Positions 42,222 to 53,081 of a stretch of 64,000 bases of DNA are shown one piece after another. Numbering within the stretch: the first letter of the stretch is position 1; every line of letters starts with the position of its first letter. The DNA comes from Litorivicinaceae bacterium (GTDB lineage: Bacteria > Pseudomonadota > Gammaproteobacteria > Pseudomonadales > Litorivicinaceae), in assembly GCA_965659195.1 (NCBI GenBank), contig CBFHVZ010000006.1:2076-66075 (forward strand), given 5' to 3'. Position numbers and translations under genes: made by a program. Below the pieces are notes generated by a model that ran no database searches, was not told the origin of the DNA, and worked only from the letters and a program-made list of their open reading frames with translations.

Positions 42222-44183
42222 ATGGCACGCATTTTTCTAAAAGTTTTTGTTCCAGGCCCTTTTGTCGGACCCCTGACCTACCTGCACAGTGAGTCTCTAT
42301 CACCCGGTATTCGAGTCAGAGTGCCACTCGGACGGCGCGAGGTCATTGGCATGACTGGCGGGATCGCGCCTCCCCCGGACACCGACGAGGGTCTTAAGTC
42401 AGTACTCGAAGTGCTCGATGACGATGCGGTGCTCTCCCCGGACATTCTCAAATTAGTGGAGTTCGCGAGCGACTATTATCACGGGTCTCCTGGCGACCTC
42501 GTCCTGTCGGCCCTGCCCGGCGCACTTCGTAAGGGCAAGCCCTTACCCATTCCCAAAGTCGAGGACGGACAAGCCCAAAGTCCTGAGTATACGCTGCACC
42601 CCGAACAACAGGCTGCCATCAAGGCCGTAAACAAAGCGCATTCAAAATTTGGGGTATTTCTGTTGCAAGGCATAACAGGTTCAGGCAAGACCCAGGTTTT
42701 CTCGAGCCTCATTGCCGCCACCGTGCAACGCGGCCAACAAGTGTTGCTGCTGGTCCCTGAAATTGGACTCACCGGCCAAATGGTGGAGCGCATCCGTCGT
42801 CAGCTCAACGGCCATTTTGCAGTGTCGCATTCCAATCTGGCTGAGGGCGCTCGTGCTCGCGCATTTATGGCGGCCAAAGAGGGGCTCGCCGATGTCATTC
42901 TTGGCACGCGGTCCGCTCTTTTTACACCAATGCCCCGACTGGGACTGATCTTGGTCGATGAAGAGCACGATGCCGCGTATAAAAATCAGGAAGGGACTCG
43001 ATTTTCAGCGAGAGACTTGGCCATTGTCCGTGCGCAATACCAGAGCATTCCGATTGTGCTCAGTTCAGCCACCCCCGCGTTGGAAACCTGGAGCCAAGCC
43101 AATCAGGGTCGATACCAAAGACTTCGGCTGTCGAGTCGCCCCACACAAGCCAAACCACCCACCATTGAACTCATCGATGCGCGACGGGACAAACCAGAAG
43201 GCGGTCTAACACAGACAGGACGGCAGGCCATCGAGCACGCCTTAACCCGCGGCGAACAAGTACTCGTCTTTTTGAATCGTCGGGGCTACGCACCGGTCTT
43301 ATTGTGCACCGGATGCGGATGGACACCGGGCTGCCGACACTGCGATGCCCGCCCCACACTTCATCGACACCCCGATCTGCTCTGGTGCCATCACTGCGAC
43401 CACAAATCACGGCCCCCGGCCGTGTGCCCGGATTGCGGCGGTCTTGAACTGATGGCTCTCGGCCAGGGCACCGAACGGTTAACCGAAACCTTGCTGGGGT
43501 ATTTTCCGGACACGCCCGTGATTCGGATCGATCGGGACACCACCCAAACCCGCAAGGCATTCGAAACCCTATTAGCACCAGTAAAAGCAGGAGAACCCTG
43601 TATTTTGGTGGGCACTCAGATGATGGCCAAAGGCCATGATTTCAAAGCACTCTCGACTGTGATCGTGGCCGATGCGGACCAGGGCTTGTTGAGCGCCGAT
43701 TTTAGAGCGATCGAGCACTTCGCCCAACTCTTAACCCAAGTAGCCGGTCGTGCGGGCCGTCATAACACCGCCGGCAAAGTCCTGATCCAAACACACCGAC
43801 CCGACTCGCAATGGTTTCCTTTGATCCTCGAGCAAGACTACGACCGCCTAGCTGAAGCCATGCTAGACGAACGCACGCAATTCGATTGGCCACCTCACAG
43901 TCATTTAGTCCTGATCACCGCCAAAGCCAGTGACAGCGATTCAGTCTTAAAGGCCCTAGGCGAGCTGGCGCATCAGTTCAGAAGCCTTGGAAGCCCGTTG
44001 AAACTCTTGGGCCCTGCGCCCGCCCCGATGGAACGCCGTAACCGACAATTTCATGGGCAGCTGTTACTAGTCGGACCTCGAAATCTTCTGCACTGGGCAC
44101 TTAAAGAAATCGGACCTTGGCCCTACAAGCGCCAAGGCAAAGTGATGTTTAACGTGGACGTAGACCCCTGGGACCTCTGGTGA
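42222..44183 (+). CDS. priA: primosomal replication protein N' (PriA helicase)
   Basis: Helicase motif I LLQGITGSGKTQVF, motif II LVDEEHD, and the Cys-rich zinc region CTGCGW...CRHCD...CHHCD...CPDCGG. ATG 42222 is preceded by GGAAG. The track start at 42177 adds 15 aa not typical of PriA. Confidence 0.9.
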   Translation: MARIFLKVFVPGPFVGPLTYLHSESLSPGIRVRVPLGRREVIGMTGGIAPPPDTDEGLKSVLEVLDDDAVLSPDILKLVEFASDYYHGSPGDLVLSALPGALRKGKPLPIPKVEDGQAQSPEYTLHPEQQAAIKAVNKAHSKFGVFLLQGITGSGKTQVFSSLIAATVQRGQQVLLLVPEIGLTGQMVERIRRQLNGHFAVSHSNLAEGARARAFMAAKEGLADVILGTRSALFTPMPRLGLILVDEEHDAAYKNQEGTRFSARDLAIVRAQYQSIPIVLSSATPALETWSQANQGRYQRLRLSSRPTQAKPPTIELIDARRDKPEGGLTQTGRQAIEHALTRGEQVLVFLNRRGYAPVLLCTGCGWTPGCRHCDARPTLHRHPDLLWCHHCDHKSRPPAVCPDCGGLELMALGQGTERLTETLLGYFPDTPVIRIDRDTTQTRKAFETLLAPVKAGEPCILVGTQMMAKGHDFKALSTVIVADADQGLLSADFRAIEHFAQLLTQVAGRAGRHNTAGKVLIQTHRPDSQWFPLILEQDYDRLAEAMLDERTQFDWPPHSHLVLITAKASDSDSVLKALGELAHQFRSLGSPLKLLGPAPAPMERRNRQFHGQLLLVGPRNLLHWALKEIGPWPYKRQGKVMFNVDVDPWDLW

Positions 44184-44217
44184 TGCTACACTCGCGCCCG
44201 CACCTTGGAGGATATAA

Positions 44218-45960
44218 ATGAAGGAACGTGTTGGCTCACTTTTTGAACAGGCACTCGATCAACTTGTCGCGACCGAGCGGCTGGACCCCGAGGTCCGCAA
44301 GCCGGTTCAAATTGAGAATACGCGCGACCCACAACACGGCGACCTAGCCACTAATGTGGCCATGATGCATGCCAAAGCCATGGGCATGCCGCCTCGCGCC
44401 CTGGCAGAACTGATCCTTAACTGTTTACCTGAGTCCGCAGAGATTGAAGCCACCGAGATCGCAGGCCCCGGCTTTATCAACATCCGATTAGCAAAAGCGG
44501 CTACGTTTGCACCGATCGCGGCCTGCTTGGCCGCCGGCGCGGATTTCGGTATGCACCCTACCACCGGCGAATCCATGCAAGTCGAATTCGTATCTGCCAA
44601 TCCAACCGGGCCATTGCACGTGGGGCACGGACGCGGAGCGGCTTACGGTGCGACGCTGGTTAATTTGCTCAAAGCGCGCGGACACACCGTCCAGAGCGAG
44701 TACTACGTTAATGACGCCGGACGTCAAATGAACATCTTGGCGATCAGTGTGTTTCTGCGTTATCTGGAGATTGTTGGGGAGTCAATTCAGTTCCCATCGG
44801 GTGGATACCAAGGGGACTACATCACCGAGCTGGGACAGACACTCCACCACCAACATGCAGACGCATTGCGTGTAAGCTTTTCAGACCTGACGGCAGGCGT
44901 GGTTGAAGACGGCGAAGAGACCAAAGACGCGCACATTGACGGTCTCATCGAGCGAGCCCAAAAACACTTAGGCGAAGGATTCGAATTCCCCTTCCAGCTG
45001 GCACTAAATCATATTCTCGATGACATCAAAAACGATCTCGGCGAATTTGGCGCCACCTTTGATCAATGGTTCAGTGAGCGCTCTCTGGTGACCTCCGGGG
45101 AGATCGATCAGGCACTTGCGCAACTGGAAGCCAAAGGGCATCTGTACGAACAAAATGGTGCCCTCTGGTTTCGATCCACGGCCTTTGGCGACGATAAAGA
45201 TCGGGTGGTGCGCCGGGACAATGGCGAGACCACATATTTTGCGAGCGACATCGCCTACATCGCGAACAAGTTCAATCGGGGCTTTGACCGTGTGGTCTAT
45301 GTCTGGGGCGCTGACCATCACGGGTACATCGTGCGTGTCAAAGCAGCCGCTCAAGCACTCGGATTTGATCCGGAGCGACTGATCATTCGCTTGGTTCAGT
45401 TCGCGATTTTGTATCGCGACGGTGAACGCGTACAGATGTCGACCCGATCGGGCTCCTTTGTCACCTTGCGAGAACTCAGAGACGATGTGGGCAAAGACGC
45501 CTGTCGCTACTTCTACGTGATGCGAAAAGCCGATCAACACCTCGACTTCGATTTGTCCTTGGCCACCAGTCAGACCAAAGACAATCCGGTGTATTACATC
45601 CAATATGCCCATGCCCGAATCTGTCGAGTCATCGAGACGCTAGAAGGCTCGGACTTCGACCAAGCACGCGGACTGGCTCACTTGGATGCGCTGACATCGC
45701 AAGACGAAGTGGATTTAGCCACCGCGGTCGGCCGGTTCCCAGAAATTGTTGCCAAGGCTGCAGACACGCTGGAAGCCCATACCCTGTGCTACTACCTGCA
45801 AGATCTCGCAGCCGACTTCCACCGTTGGTACAACGGTACTCGCCTCTTGGTAGAGGACCTCAATGTGCGTGATGCCCGTTTGTCACTCGCCCTTGCCGTT
45901 CGGCAAACCATCGCAAACGGGCTCTCTATCCTGGGAGTCAGTGCACCCGAGGCCATGTAA
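44218..45960 (+). CDS. argS: arginine--tRNA ligase
   Basis: Class I HIGH motif (ANPTGPLHVGHGRG) and the KMSKS-equivalent MSTRSG. 580 aa. Confidence 0.95.
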   Translation: MKERVGSLFEQALDQLVATERLDPEVRKPVQIENTRDPQHGDLATNVAMMHAKAMGMPPRALAELILNCLPESAEIEATEIAGPGFINIRLAKAATFAPIAACLAAGADFGMHPTTGESMQVEFVSANPTGPLHVGHGRGAAYGATLVNLLKARGHTVQSEYYVNDAGRQMNILAISVFLRYLEIVGESIQFPSGGYQGDYITELGQTLHHQHADALRVSFSDLTAGVVEDGEETKDAHIDGLIERAQKHLGEGFEFPFQLALNHILDDIKNDLGEFGATFDQWFSERSLVTSGEIDQALAQLEAKGHLYEQNGALWFRSTAFGDDKDRVVRRDNGETTYFASDIAYIANKFNRGFDRVVYVWGADHHGYIVRVKAAAQALGFDPERLIIRLVQFAILYRDGERVQMSTRSGSFVTLRELRDDVGKDACRYFYVMRKADQHLDFDLSLATSQTKDNPVYYIQYAHARICRVIETLEGSDFDQARGLAHLDALTSQDEVDLATAVGRFPEIVAKAADTLEAHTLCYYLQDLAADFHRWYNGTRLLVEDLNVRDARLSLALAVRQTIANGLSILGVSAPEAM

Positions 45961-46553
45961 TGCGGGATTACTCGTCACAAGCCAGCCAACATCGCGCAAA
46001 GAATCAACGTGGGCCAAGTGCCGCTCTCGGCATCACGCTAAGCGTGCTCTTGGTGGGGGCAGTGACAGCAGTTCTGATTTGGTTAAATCAAACAACGCGT
46101 TCACCGGACACGCCGGTCGCACCCAACCCCATAGCAGAACCCACACCGGATCCAACGCGAACTAGCCCGGCTTTACCGGTGACTGAAGACGTTGAGGTCG
46201 CAGTCTCCGAGGTTCCCAAAGCGCCAGAAAACTTCTATACCTTCTACAAACTGCTCATCGAAGGCGAGGTGCCCATTGACGTTGAGCCCGGAGAAACGCG
46301 GGATCAAGCGATTCAGAAGAAACTGCAAACGATGCTGGTGCAGGTGGCCTCATTCCGAACAGCAGAGGCTGCAGAAAACACTCGAGTTGCCCTACTGCTT
46401 CTCGATCTCAAGGCACGAGTCATCCCACCCAGCGACCAAAATGGAGGCTGGCATCGTGTCGTACTCGGACCGTTTAAATCCATGCGGGATTTGCAAGCGG
46501 CTGCAGACCGACTGGCAAAGAATGGATACGACGCATTGCGTGTAATGGAGTAA
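45960..46553 (+). CDS. SPOR-domain cell-division protein (short FtsN-like)
   Basis: N-terminal TM ([21 protein letters not shown]), a Pro-rich linker, and a C-terminal SPOR domain ([28 protein letters not shown]...[33 protein letters not shown]). Sits between argS/priA and hslVU, where ftsN lies in E. coli. Confidence 0.7.
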   Translation: MRDYSSQASQHRAKNQRGPSAALGITLSVLLVGAVTAVLIWLNQTTRSPDTPVAPNPIAEPTPDPTRTSPALPVTEDVEVAVSEVPKAPENFYTFYKLLIEGEVPIDVEPGETRDQAIQKKLQTMLVQVASFRTAEAAENTRVALLLLDLKARVIPPSDQNGGWHRVVLGPFKSMRDLQAAADRLAKNGYDALRVME

Positions 46554-46557
46554 ATCG

Positions 46558-47106
46558 ATGGAACAATTTCACGGCACCACCATCGTCTCGGTACGCCGAG
46601 GCAACCAAGTATGTATTGGTGGAGACGGACAGGTAACACTGGGCAATACGGTGATGAAAGGCAATGCACGAAAAGTGCGCCGCCTTTATCAGAACAAGGT
46701 CCTTGCGGGCTTTGCCGGGGGAACCGCCGACGCCTTTACGTTGTTTGAACGCTTCGATGCAAAGCTCGAAAAACACCAAGGCAATCTGACACGAGCGGCT
46801 GTGGAGTTGGCCAAAGATTGGCGCCAAGACCGGATGCTTCGAAGGCTGGAGGCTATTTTAGCGGTGGCAGACACGGAAACCTCGTTGATCATTACCGGCA
46901 ACGGCGACGTGATGGAGCCTGAAGAAGGCATTATCGCTGTCGGTTCTGGTGGGCCATTCGCCCAAGCAGCCGCGCTCTCGTTGTTGCGTAATACCGAGCT
47001 GCCTGCACGAACCATCGTGGAGGAAGCATTGAAGGTTGCGGGTGAAATCTGCATTTATACCAACACACACTTCACGATTGATGAGTTGACCAAAGACCAT
47101 GACTGA
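46558..47106 (+). CDS. hslV: ATP-dependent protease subunit HslV
   Basis: N-terminal catalytic Thr context [10 protein letters not shown]. 182 aa, followed by hslU. Confidence 0.95.
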   Translation: MEQFHGTTIVSVRRGNQVCIGGDGQVTLGNTVMKGNARKVRRLYQNKVLAGFAGGTADAFTLFERFDAKLEKHQGNLTRAAVELAKDWRQDRMLRRLEAILAVADTETSLIITGNGDVMEPEEGIIAVGSGGPFAQAAALSLLRNTELPARTIVEEALKVAGEICIYTNTHFTIDELTKDHD

Positions 47107-48421
47107 CCTTTCCCCTAAAGCCATCGTGGCTCAACTCGACCGCCACATCATCGGCCAGGCCGAAGCCAAGCGAGCGGTCGCCATTGCACTCCGAAACCGG
47201 TGGCGTCGGATGCAGTTAACTGACGCACTCGCGCGTGAAGTCACCCCGAAGAACATCCTAATGATTGGACCGACTGGGGTGGGTAAAACTGAAATTGCCC
47301 GGCGACTGGCCCGACTGGCCGATGCACCCTTTATCAAGGTCGAAGCCACCAAATTCACCGAAGTCGGCTACGTTGGTCGCGATGTAGAGTCCATCATCCG
47401 TGACTTAGTCAGTGTGGCGATCAAAGACGAGCGTGAGCGCCGCATGGCTGAAGTCGAAAATCAGGCGATGGATCGTGCAGAAGATCGCATCCTGGACATT
47501 CTTTTACCGCCCCCTCGAGGCGATCAGCCCATCCAATCGGACAGCAGTGGTGCGCGACAAGTCTTCCGGAAAAAGCTGCGGGAAGGCGATCTCGATGACA
47601 CAGAGATTGAAATCGATGTGCGGACCCAGCCGATGGGCGTGGACATCATGACGCCTCCGGGCATGGAGGAAATGGCCAGCCAACTGCAAGATATGTTTTC
47701 GAAATTTGGCCAAGACAAGAAGAAAAAACGGAAGCTTCCGATTAAAGACGCGATGAAGTTATTGGTCGACGAGGAAGCCGGTCGTTTGATTGCAGAAGAC
47801 GATTTGAAGGCCTCGGCCATCGCACACGTTGAAAATCGCGGCATCGTGTTTCTCGATGAGATCGATAAAGTGTGTCGACGAGAAAGCAATCAGGGCGGAG
47901 ACGTCAGTCGTGAAGGTGTGCAGCGCGATTTACTGCCATTGATCGAGGGCACCACAGTGCAAACAAAGTTTGGCTCAGTGAAAACCGATCATATTTTATT
48001 TATCGCATCTGGCGCCTTTCATCTCTCCAAGCCCTCGGACTTAGTCCCCGAATTGCAGGGTCGATTGCCCATCCGAGTCGAGCTTAATGCATTGAAGCCT
48101 GAAGACTTCGCCCGCATTTTATCTGAGCCAGATCATTCCCTAGTGGCTCAGTATCAGGCCTTGTTGGCCACCGATGGTATCGAGGTGTCTTTTGACACAT
48201 CGGGCATCGAGGCGCTGGCGGACACGGCGGCACAGGTGAACGAGACCACAGAAAACATCGGTGCTCGACGACTGCACACATTAATGGAGCGGGTTTTAGA
48301 GGACCTTCTTTTTGAATCCGGCGACGGCAATCAGCGCTCAGTGACCATTGATCGCGCCTATGTCGAAAGTCGCCTAGCGCAGGTCAGCCAAGACGAAGAC
48401 CTGTCCCGATACATACTCTGA
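47099..48421 (+). CDS. hslU: ATP-dependent protease ATPase subunit HslU
   Basis: Walker [16 protein letters not shown], Walker B VFLDEIDK, and the inserted I-domain. 440 aa. Confidence 0.95.
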   Translation: MTDLSPKAIVAQLDRHIIGQAEAKRAVAIALRNRWRRMQLTDALAREVTPKNILMIGPTGVGKTEIARRLARLADAPFIKVEATKFTEVGYVGRDVESIIRDLVSVAIKDERERRMAEVENQAMDRAEDRILDILLPPPRGDQPIQSDSSGARQVFRKKLREGDLDDTEIEIDVRTQPMGVDIMTPPGMEEMASQLQDMFSKFGQDKKKKRKLPIKDAMKLLVDEEAGRLIAEDDLKASAIAHVENRGIVFLDEIDKVCRRESNQGGDVSREGVQRDLLPLIEGTTVQTKFGSVKTDHILFIASGAFHLSKPSDLVPELQGRLPIRVELNALKPEDFARILSEPDHSLVAQYQALLATDGIEVSFDTSGIEALADTAAQVNETTENIGARRLHTLMERVLEDLLFESGDGNQRSVTIDRAYVESRLAQVSQDEDLSRYIL

Positions 48422-48428
48422 GGCCTGA

Positions 48429-49172
48429 ATGAAAGACACCACCCACTTTGGCTACCAAGAAGTCCCAATCGAAGAAAAGACCTATCGGGTCCGTGAAGTC
48501 TTCAACAGCGTGGCCAGACGCTATGATCTGATGAACGATCTCATGTCAGCCGGTCTGCACCGACTGTGGAAGCGTGTGGCCATTGAGACCGTTGCGGTTC
48601 GTTCTGGCATGCGCGTACTGGATCTGGCCTCAGGCACGGGCGATTTGGCTCGCGCCATGGCGCGACGGGCCGGCTCCAAAGGGCAGGTGGTATTAGCCGA
48701 TATTAATGATCAAATGCTCCGTGTGGGGCGCGATCGAGCCATCGATGCCGGCGAGTTGAATGGACTCGAGTGGTGCCAGTGCGACGCCGAATCGTTGCCC
48801 TTCCCGGATGCCTCCTTTGACCGTGTGACCATTGGCTTTGGGCTCAGAAATGTAACCCGTAAAGAACGCGCGTTGGCCGAGATGCATCGCGTGTTGAAAC
48901 CCGGCGGTCGCGCCTTGATCCTAGAGTTCTCGAAACCCACCACAGCGCCCTTGGAACAGGTCTATGACCTATACAGTTTTTCAGTGTTGCCGATCCTGGG
49001 CCAAGTGGTCGCCAACGATGCCGATTCCTACAAATACCTCGCGGAGTCAATTCGCAAACATCCCGACCAAGACACCCTGAAAGGTTTAATGGAAGACAGC
49101 GGATTTGACGGAGTCAGCTACCAGAATTTAACCGGTGGCATTGTGGCCATTCATTTAGGTTTGAAGTCATGA
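48429..49172 (+). CDS. ubiE: ubiquinone/menaquinone biosynthesis C-methyltransferase
   Basis: HFGYQEV N-terminus and SAM motif [12 protein letters not shown]. 247 aa, in ubiE-ubiJ-ubiB order. Confidence 0.92.
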   Translation: MKDTTHFGYQEVPIEEKTYRVREVFNSVARRYDLMNDLMSAGLHRLWKRVAIETVAVRSGMRVLDLASGTGDLARAMARRAGSKGQVVLADINDQMLRVGRDRAIDAGELNGLEWCQCDAESLPFPDASFDRVTIGFGLRNVTRKERALAEMHRVLKPGGRALILEFSKPTTAPLEQVYDLYSFSVLPILGQVVANDADSYKYLAESIRKHPDQDTLKGLMEDSGFDGVSYQNLTGGIVAIHLGLKS

Positions 49173-49795
49173 TTCCTCGATTACTCATTGCCGGATTGGT
49201 CAGCACCTCAGAAAAGGCAATTGCAGCCGGGATGCGTGCGGCCAACCTAGGCGCTGACGAACTGGCGCCCATGGCTGGCAAGATCCTGAAGCTTACGGTC
49301 ACCGACCTGTCATTGGATCTCTGGGTCGTATGCGGTGAAACCCAGTGGTGGCTGTGCACAGAGTCCCAAGAAACGGCCGACGTTGAACTGTCCGGCACAC
49401 TCGGGAGCTTAGTCGATACGGCGCGATCCATTGCCAAACCCAACACGCCTTTAGTGTTTGAGGGACTGGACATCCGCGGCAGCGTCGGTGTACTGCAAAC
49501 CATGCAGCAGATGTTCCAATCCCTAAACCTCGACTGGGAGGATGTGGTCACGCGAGCGCTCGGCCCTATTCCCGCCAATGCGCTCATCACCGCGTTAAAA
49601 ACAGCTCGCAGTCAATGGTTGACCTCGCGCGAATCGCTGAAACGCCAAGCGACCGATTTTTTGCGAGCCGAGCAGAAGACACTGATCACCGAAGATGAGT
49701 TTGACACCCAGCGCGCTCGACTGACGGCACTCGATCGACAGATTGATCGACTCAATGCACGTATTAAACAAGTGGAATCGAAGGCCCATGAGTAG
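49169..49795 (+). CDS. ubiJ: ubiquinone biosynthesis accessory protein UbiJ (SCP2 domain, YigP-like)
   Basis: SCP2-like N-terminal domain and coiled-coil C-terminus. Conserved position between ubiE and ubiB. ATGA overlap with ubiE. Confidence 0.7.
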   Translation: MIPRLLIAGLVSTSEKAIAAGMRAANLGADELAPMAGKILKLTVTDLSLDLWVVCGETQWWLCTESQETADVELSGTLGSLVDTARSIAKPNTPLVFEGLDIRGSVGVLQTMQQMFQSLNLDWEDVVTRALGPIPANALITALKTARSQWLTSRESLKRQATDFLRAEQKTLITEDEFDTQRARLTALDRQIDRLNARIKQVESKAHE

Positions 49796-51407
49796 CACGT
49801 TTCGTCTGTTAAAAATCTTACGGGTTCTCTTCTCTGAACGTATCGATGAGTTCCTGCCTCAACCCAAGCGAGGCCCGCTCCGCGCACTCAGCTGGATCAT
49901 CCCAAAGGTACGCATGCGGCGTTCTCGCGGGGAGCGTCTCCGAGACGCACTCCAAGCCTTGGGGCCTGTGTTCGTTAAATTCGGGCAGATGTTGTCCACG
50001 CGCCGAGACCTCTTGCCCCCAGACATCGCGAGCGCATTGGCGGAGTTGCAGGATCGCGTAAAGCCCTTCCCGGGCGCTGTGGCACGCGAGATCGTTGAGA
50101 AGGATCTCGAAGCCTCTGTCGAGGACATCTTCAGTGAGTTTGCCGCTGAGCCCATGGCCTCCGCATCCGTCGCCCAAGTCCATGCGGCCCGACTGAAAAC
50201 AGGCGAAGAAGTCATTGTTAAAGTGATCCGGCCTGGCATTGCCAAGGTAATTGAAGAAGACCTGAAGCTGATGATGACGCTCGCAAAGTTTGTGGAGAAA
50301 AACTTTGTGGATGGCAAACGGCTGAAATTGGTGCAAGTCGTTTCCGACTATCGCGTGACCATTCTAGACGAGCTCGATCTCATGCGCGAAGCAGCCAACA
50401 CCGCGCTGATTCGTCGCAACTTCGAGGATTCACCCATCTGCTACGTGCCCCAGATTTACTGGGATTACACTCGTCGCAACACGATGGTTGAAGAGCGCAT
50501 TTACGGGGTCCCTATTTCACAAATCCATGTGTTCAAAGAAAAACAGGTCAACATGGAAAAATTGGCAGAAAGAGGCGTCGAAATCTTCTTCACCCAAGTG
50601 TTTGACCACAGTTTTTTCCACGCTGACATGCACCCGGGCAATGTATTTGTCGACATTGATGATCCTGAAAACCCGGTCTATAAGGCGATTGATTTTGGCA
50701 TCGTCGGCACCTTAGATCCCGAATCCCAAGCCTACCTGGCGCAAAACCTGATTGCGTTTTTCGACCGCGATTACCGCGCCGTGGCGGAACTGCATGTCGA
50801 ATCCGGCTGGGTGCCCAAAACCACCAAAATTGGCGAATTTGAGAGTGCAATTCGCACCGTGTGTGAGCCCATCTTCCAAAAGCCACTGGGTGAGATCAGC
50901 TTCGGCGTACTCTTGATCCGCCTCTTCGAAGTCGCTCGACGCTTCCAAATGGAAGTCCAACCGCAATTGGTGTTGTTGCAAAAAACGCTCCTAAACATTG
51001 AGGGGTTGGGCCGCGAGCTGTACCCCGAATTGGATTTGTGGAAGACCGGAAAACCTTTCTTGGAGCGCTGGGTCAAAGAGCGCCTCGGCCCCAAAGGCAT
51101 TCTGGAGTACACCAAACGCAATGGGTCTCGCTGGGTCGTGCAGTTCCCCAAATTAACCAACAGCCTGCTTGAAGCACCTGAACGGATGAGCCGGCTTGAG
51201 TCGTTGCAAATTCATCAGACCGAAGCCTTGGTGGATCTAGCCAAGGAATCTAAAAGGCAACGACGCGGGCGACACGTAGCAACCCTGCTAGGTATCGTCG
51301 GCTTGGGCATTGCAGGGTTCGCTTTGAACGGACAATCCGCATGGATGACCCAACATTGGCCGCTATTTGTGGGCATACTGTCACTGATATTACTGATTAG
51401 GCGGTAA
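49788..51407 (+). CDS. ubiB: ubiquinone biosynthesis regulatory kinase-like protein UbiB (ABC1/ADCK family)
   Basis: ASASVAQVHAARL...VIVKVIRPG and HADMHPGNVFV kinase-like motifs, with C-terminal TM helices. ATG 49788 overlaps the ubiJ stop by 8 nt. The track ORF starts at 49743. Confidence 0.9.
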   Translation: MSSTFRLLKILRVLFSERIDEFLPQPKRGPLRALSWIIPKVRMRRSRGERLRDALQALGPVFVKFGQMLSTRRDLLPPDIASALAELQDRVKPFPGAVAREIVEKDLEASVEDIFSEFAAEPMASASVAQVHAARLKTGEEVIVKVIRPGIAKVIEEDLKLMMTLAKFVEKNFVDGKRLKLVQVVSDYRVTILDELDLMREAANTALIRRNFEDSPICYVPQIYWDYTRRNTMVEERIYGVPISQIHVFKEKQVNMEKLAERGVEIFFTQVFDHSFFHADMHPGNVFVDIDDPENPVYKAIDFGIVGTLDPESQAYLAQNLIAFFDRDYRAVAELHVESGWVPKTTKIGEFESAIRTVCEPIFQKPLGEISFGVLLIRLFEVARRFQMEVQPQLVLLQKTLLNIEGLGRELYPELDLWKTGKPFLERWVKERLGPKGILEYTKRNGSRWVVQFPKLTNSLLEAPERMSRLESLQIHQTEALVDLAKESKRQRRGRHVATLLGIVGLGIAGFALNGQSAWMTQHWPLFVGILSLILLIRR

Positions 51408-51410
51408 CAG

Positions 51411-51824
51411 ATGCAGATCATGGACGACACGCAACGAAACGCACTGTTAGATCAAGTCGCCTTTGATGAGAAGGGCTTAATCGCAGCCGTTGCCCAAGAC
51501 CATACGTCTGGCTCGGTATTGATGTTGGCTTGGATGAATCGTGATGCACTCGATGAAACCTTAAAGACGGGTCAAGCGGTTTACTACTCACGCTCTCGCC
51601 AACAGTTGTGGCGAAAAGGTGAGTCGTCAGGCCAAACCCAAAAGGTTCTCGATGTCTCTCTCGATTGTGACCGAGATGCCGTCTTATTGTCTGTGACACA
51701 ACAAGGCGTAGCTTGTCATACCGGTCGCCTCAGTTGTTTTTCTTGGGGTGTGCAGGGTGACACCTGGGCCCCAAATGCACCGGTCGTGACTCCGCCCGAT
51801 GCGCTTTATGGAGACAAAAAATGA
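51411..51824 (+). CDS. hisI: phosphoribosyl-AMP cyclohydrolase
   Basis: [12 protein letters not shown] and C-x-C...C zinc motif region ([10 protein letters not shown]...[11 protein letters not shown]). 137 aa. Confidence 0.9.
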   Translation: MQIMDDTQRNALLDQVAFDEKGLIAAVAQDHTSGSVLMLAWMNRDALDETLKTGQAVYYSRSRQQLWRKGESSGQTQKVLDVSLDCDRDAVLLSVTQQGVACHTGRLSCFSWGVQGDTWAPNAPVVTPPDALYGDKK

Positions 51825-52156
51825 CCGTACTGGATGTACTCGAAGATATGTTGGCCGAACGGCGATTTGGCGATCCCGAAAAGTCCTACGTGGCGAAGTT
51901 GCATCACAAAGGCCTTGACCACATCTTGAAGAAGGTGGGGGAAGAATCCACCGAAGTGGTGATGGCGGCAAAGGACGCAGCGCGGTCTAAAAACAACGAG
52001 GATGTGATTCATGAAGTCGCAGACCTTTGGTTTCACACGCTGGTGCTTTTGTCCCACCTTGAGGAACCGCCGTCGGCCGTTTTAGCGGAACTCGAGCGGC
52101 GTATGGGCGTGAGTGGCTTGGTTGAGAAAGCCAACCGGGAGGAAGGCAATGACTGA
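51821..52156 (+). CDS. hisE: phosphoribosyl-ATP pyrophosphatase
   Basis: MazG-like helical protein, [11 protein letters not shown]...[11 protein letters not shown]...[13 protein letters not shown]. 111 aa. ATGA overlap with hisI. Confidence 0.9.
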   Translation: MTVLDVLEDMLAERRFGDPEKSYVAKLHHKGLDHILKKVGEESTEVVMAAKDAARSKNNEDVIHEVADLWFHTLVLLSHLEEPPSAVLAELERRMGVSGLVEKANREEGND

Positions 52157-52487
52157 TTGTTTGTTTTGTCGCATCCGCGACGGGGAAATCCCGGCTGAGA
52201 TCATCTACAAAGACGACGACTGCATCGCATTTAAAGACATTCATCCCAAAGCGCCGGTGCATTTCTTGGTGATCCCACGCCGTCACATCGAGAATTTATT
52301 CGACGTAGGCGAGTCCGATGTCGAGCTCTTGGGACGCATCCAACTGGCGATCCCCCAAATTGCCAAGTCACAAGGACTGGATTCGGGCTTTAGAACAGTG
52401 TTGAATACAGGGCCCGGCGGGTATCAGGAGGTGTATCACATGCACTACCATGTACTCGGCGGTGGGCAATTCACCGGTTTTAACTGA
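52149..52487 (+). CDS. histidine triad (HIT) nucleotide-binding protein
   Basis: [14 protein letters not shown]-terminus and the HIT motif [12 protein letters not shown] 52149 follows GGGAGGAAGG and overlaps the hisE stop by 8 nt. Confidence 0.88.
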   Translation: MTDCLFCRIRDGEIPAEIIYKDDDCIAFKDIHPKAPVHFLVIPRRHIENLFDVGESDVELLGRIQLAIPQIAKSQGLDSGFRTVLNTGPGGYQEVYHMHYHVLGGGQFTGFN

Positions 52488-52514
52488 CAGATAACGACAA
52501 TATAGGAGCCCACA

Positions 52515-52778
52515 ATGGGAATTGGTGGTATCAGTATTTGGCAGCTTTTGATTGTTTTGGCGATCGTCATCATGATTTTTGGAACGAAAAAGCTGAAGAC
52601 CCTGGGGTCGGACCTCGGGAGTGCCGTGAAAGGATTCCGCCAGTCAGTCACTGACAAGACGGAAGATAAAGGCGCCGAAGAGACGGTGCAGAAGTCAGAG
52701 GCCGTAGAAGAAGAGGCTGCTGCTTCAACAGCGGACACGGCAACGGCCGAAAAAACCGAAGCCAAAGAGAAAGTCTAA
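52515..52778 (+). CDS. tatA: twin-arginine translocase subunit TatA
   Basis: [27 protein letters not shown], i.e. TM plus an amphipathic helix. 87 aa. Confidence 0.93.
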   Translation: MGIGGISIWQLLIVLAIVIMIFGTKKLKTLGSDLGSAVKGFRQSVTDKTEDKGAEETVQKSEAVEEEAAASTADTATAEKTEAKEKV

Positions 52779-53081
52779 GTGTTTGACATTGGTGCAACCG
52801 AGTTACTCTTGGTTGCCATCATTGGGCTGGTTGTGGTCGGACCTGAGCGTCTGCCGCGACTGGCACGGACCATCGGTCTGTGGGTAAAACGTGCCCGCGG
52901 ACAGGTTGCGTCTATTCAACGAGATATTAATCGTGAACTTGAGCTCGAAGATCTCAGAAAGCAACTCGAAGCTAAGGGCGGCGGGTTAAAGCTTGAAGAC
53001 ATCACCGGGGAAGACCCGCTTGGGATGAAATCCGACTCGAAGCCCACTAAAACAGCGGAATCCTCCAGTAAAGACACATGA
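52779..53081 (+). CDS. tatB: twin-arginine translocase subunit TatB
   Basis: MFDIGATELLLVAIIGLVVVGPERLP. GTG start directly after the tatA stop. Confidence 0.9.
   Translation: MFDIGATELLLVAIIGLVVVGPERLPRLARTIGLWVKRARGQVASIQRDINRELELEDLRKQLEAKGGGLKLEDITGEDPLGMKSDSKPTKTAESSSKDT

Noticed and set aside
45004-45612. 202-aa minus-strand ORF inside argS
   Set aside because: It is antisense to the strongly supported arginyl-tRNA synthetase frame, with no motif or RBS. It is an artefactual antisense frame.
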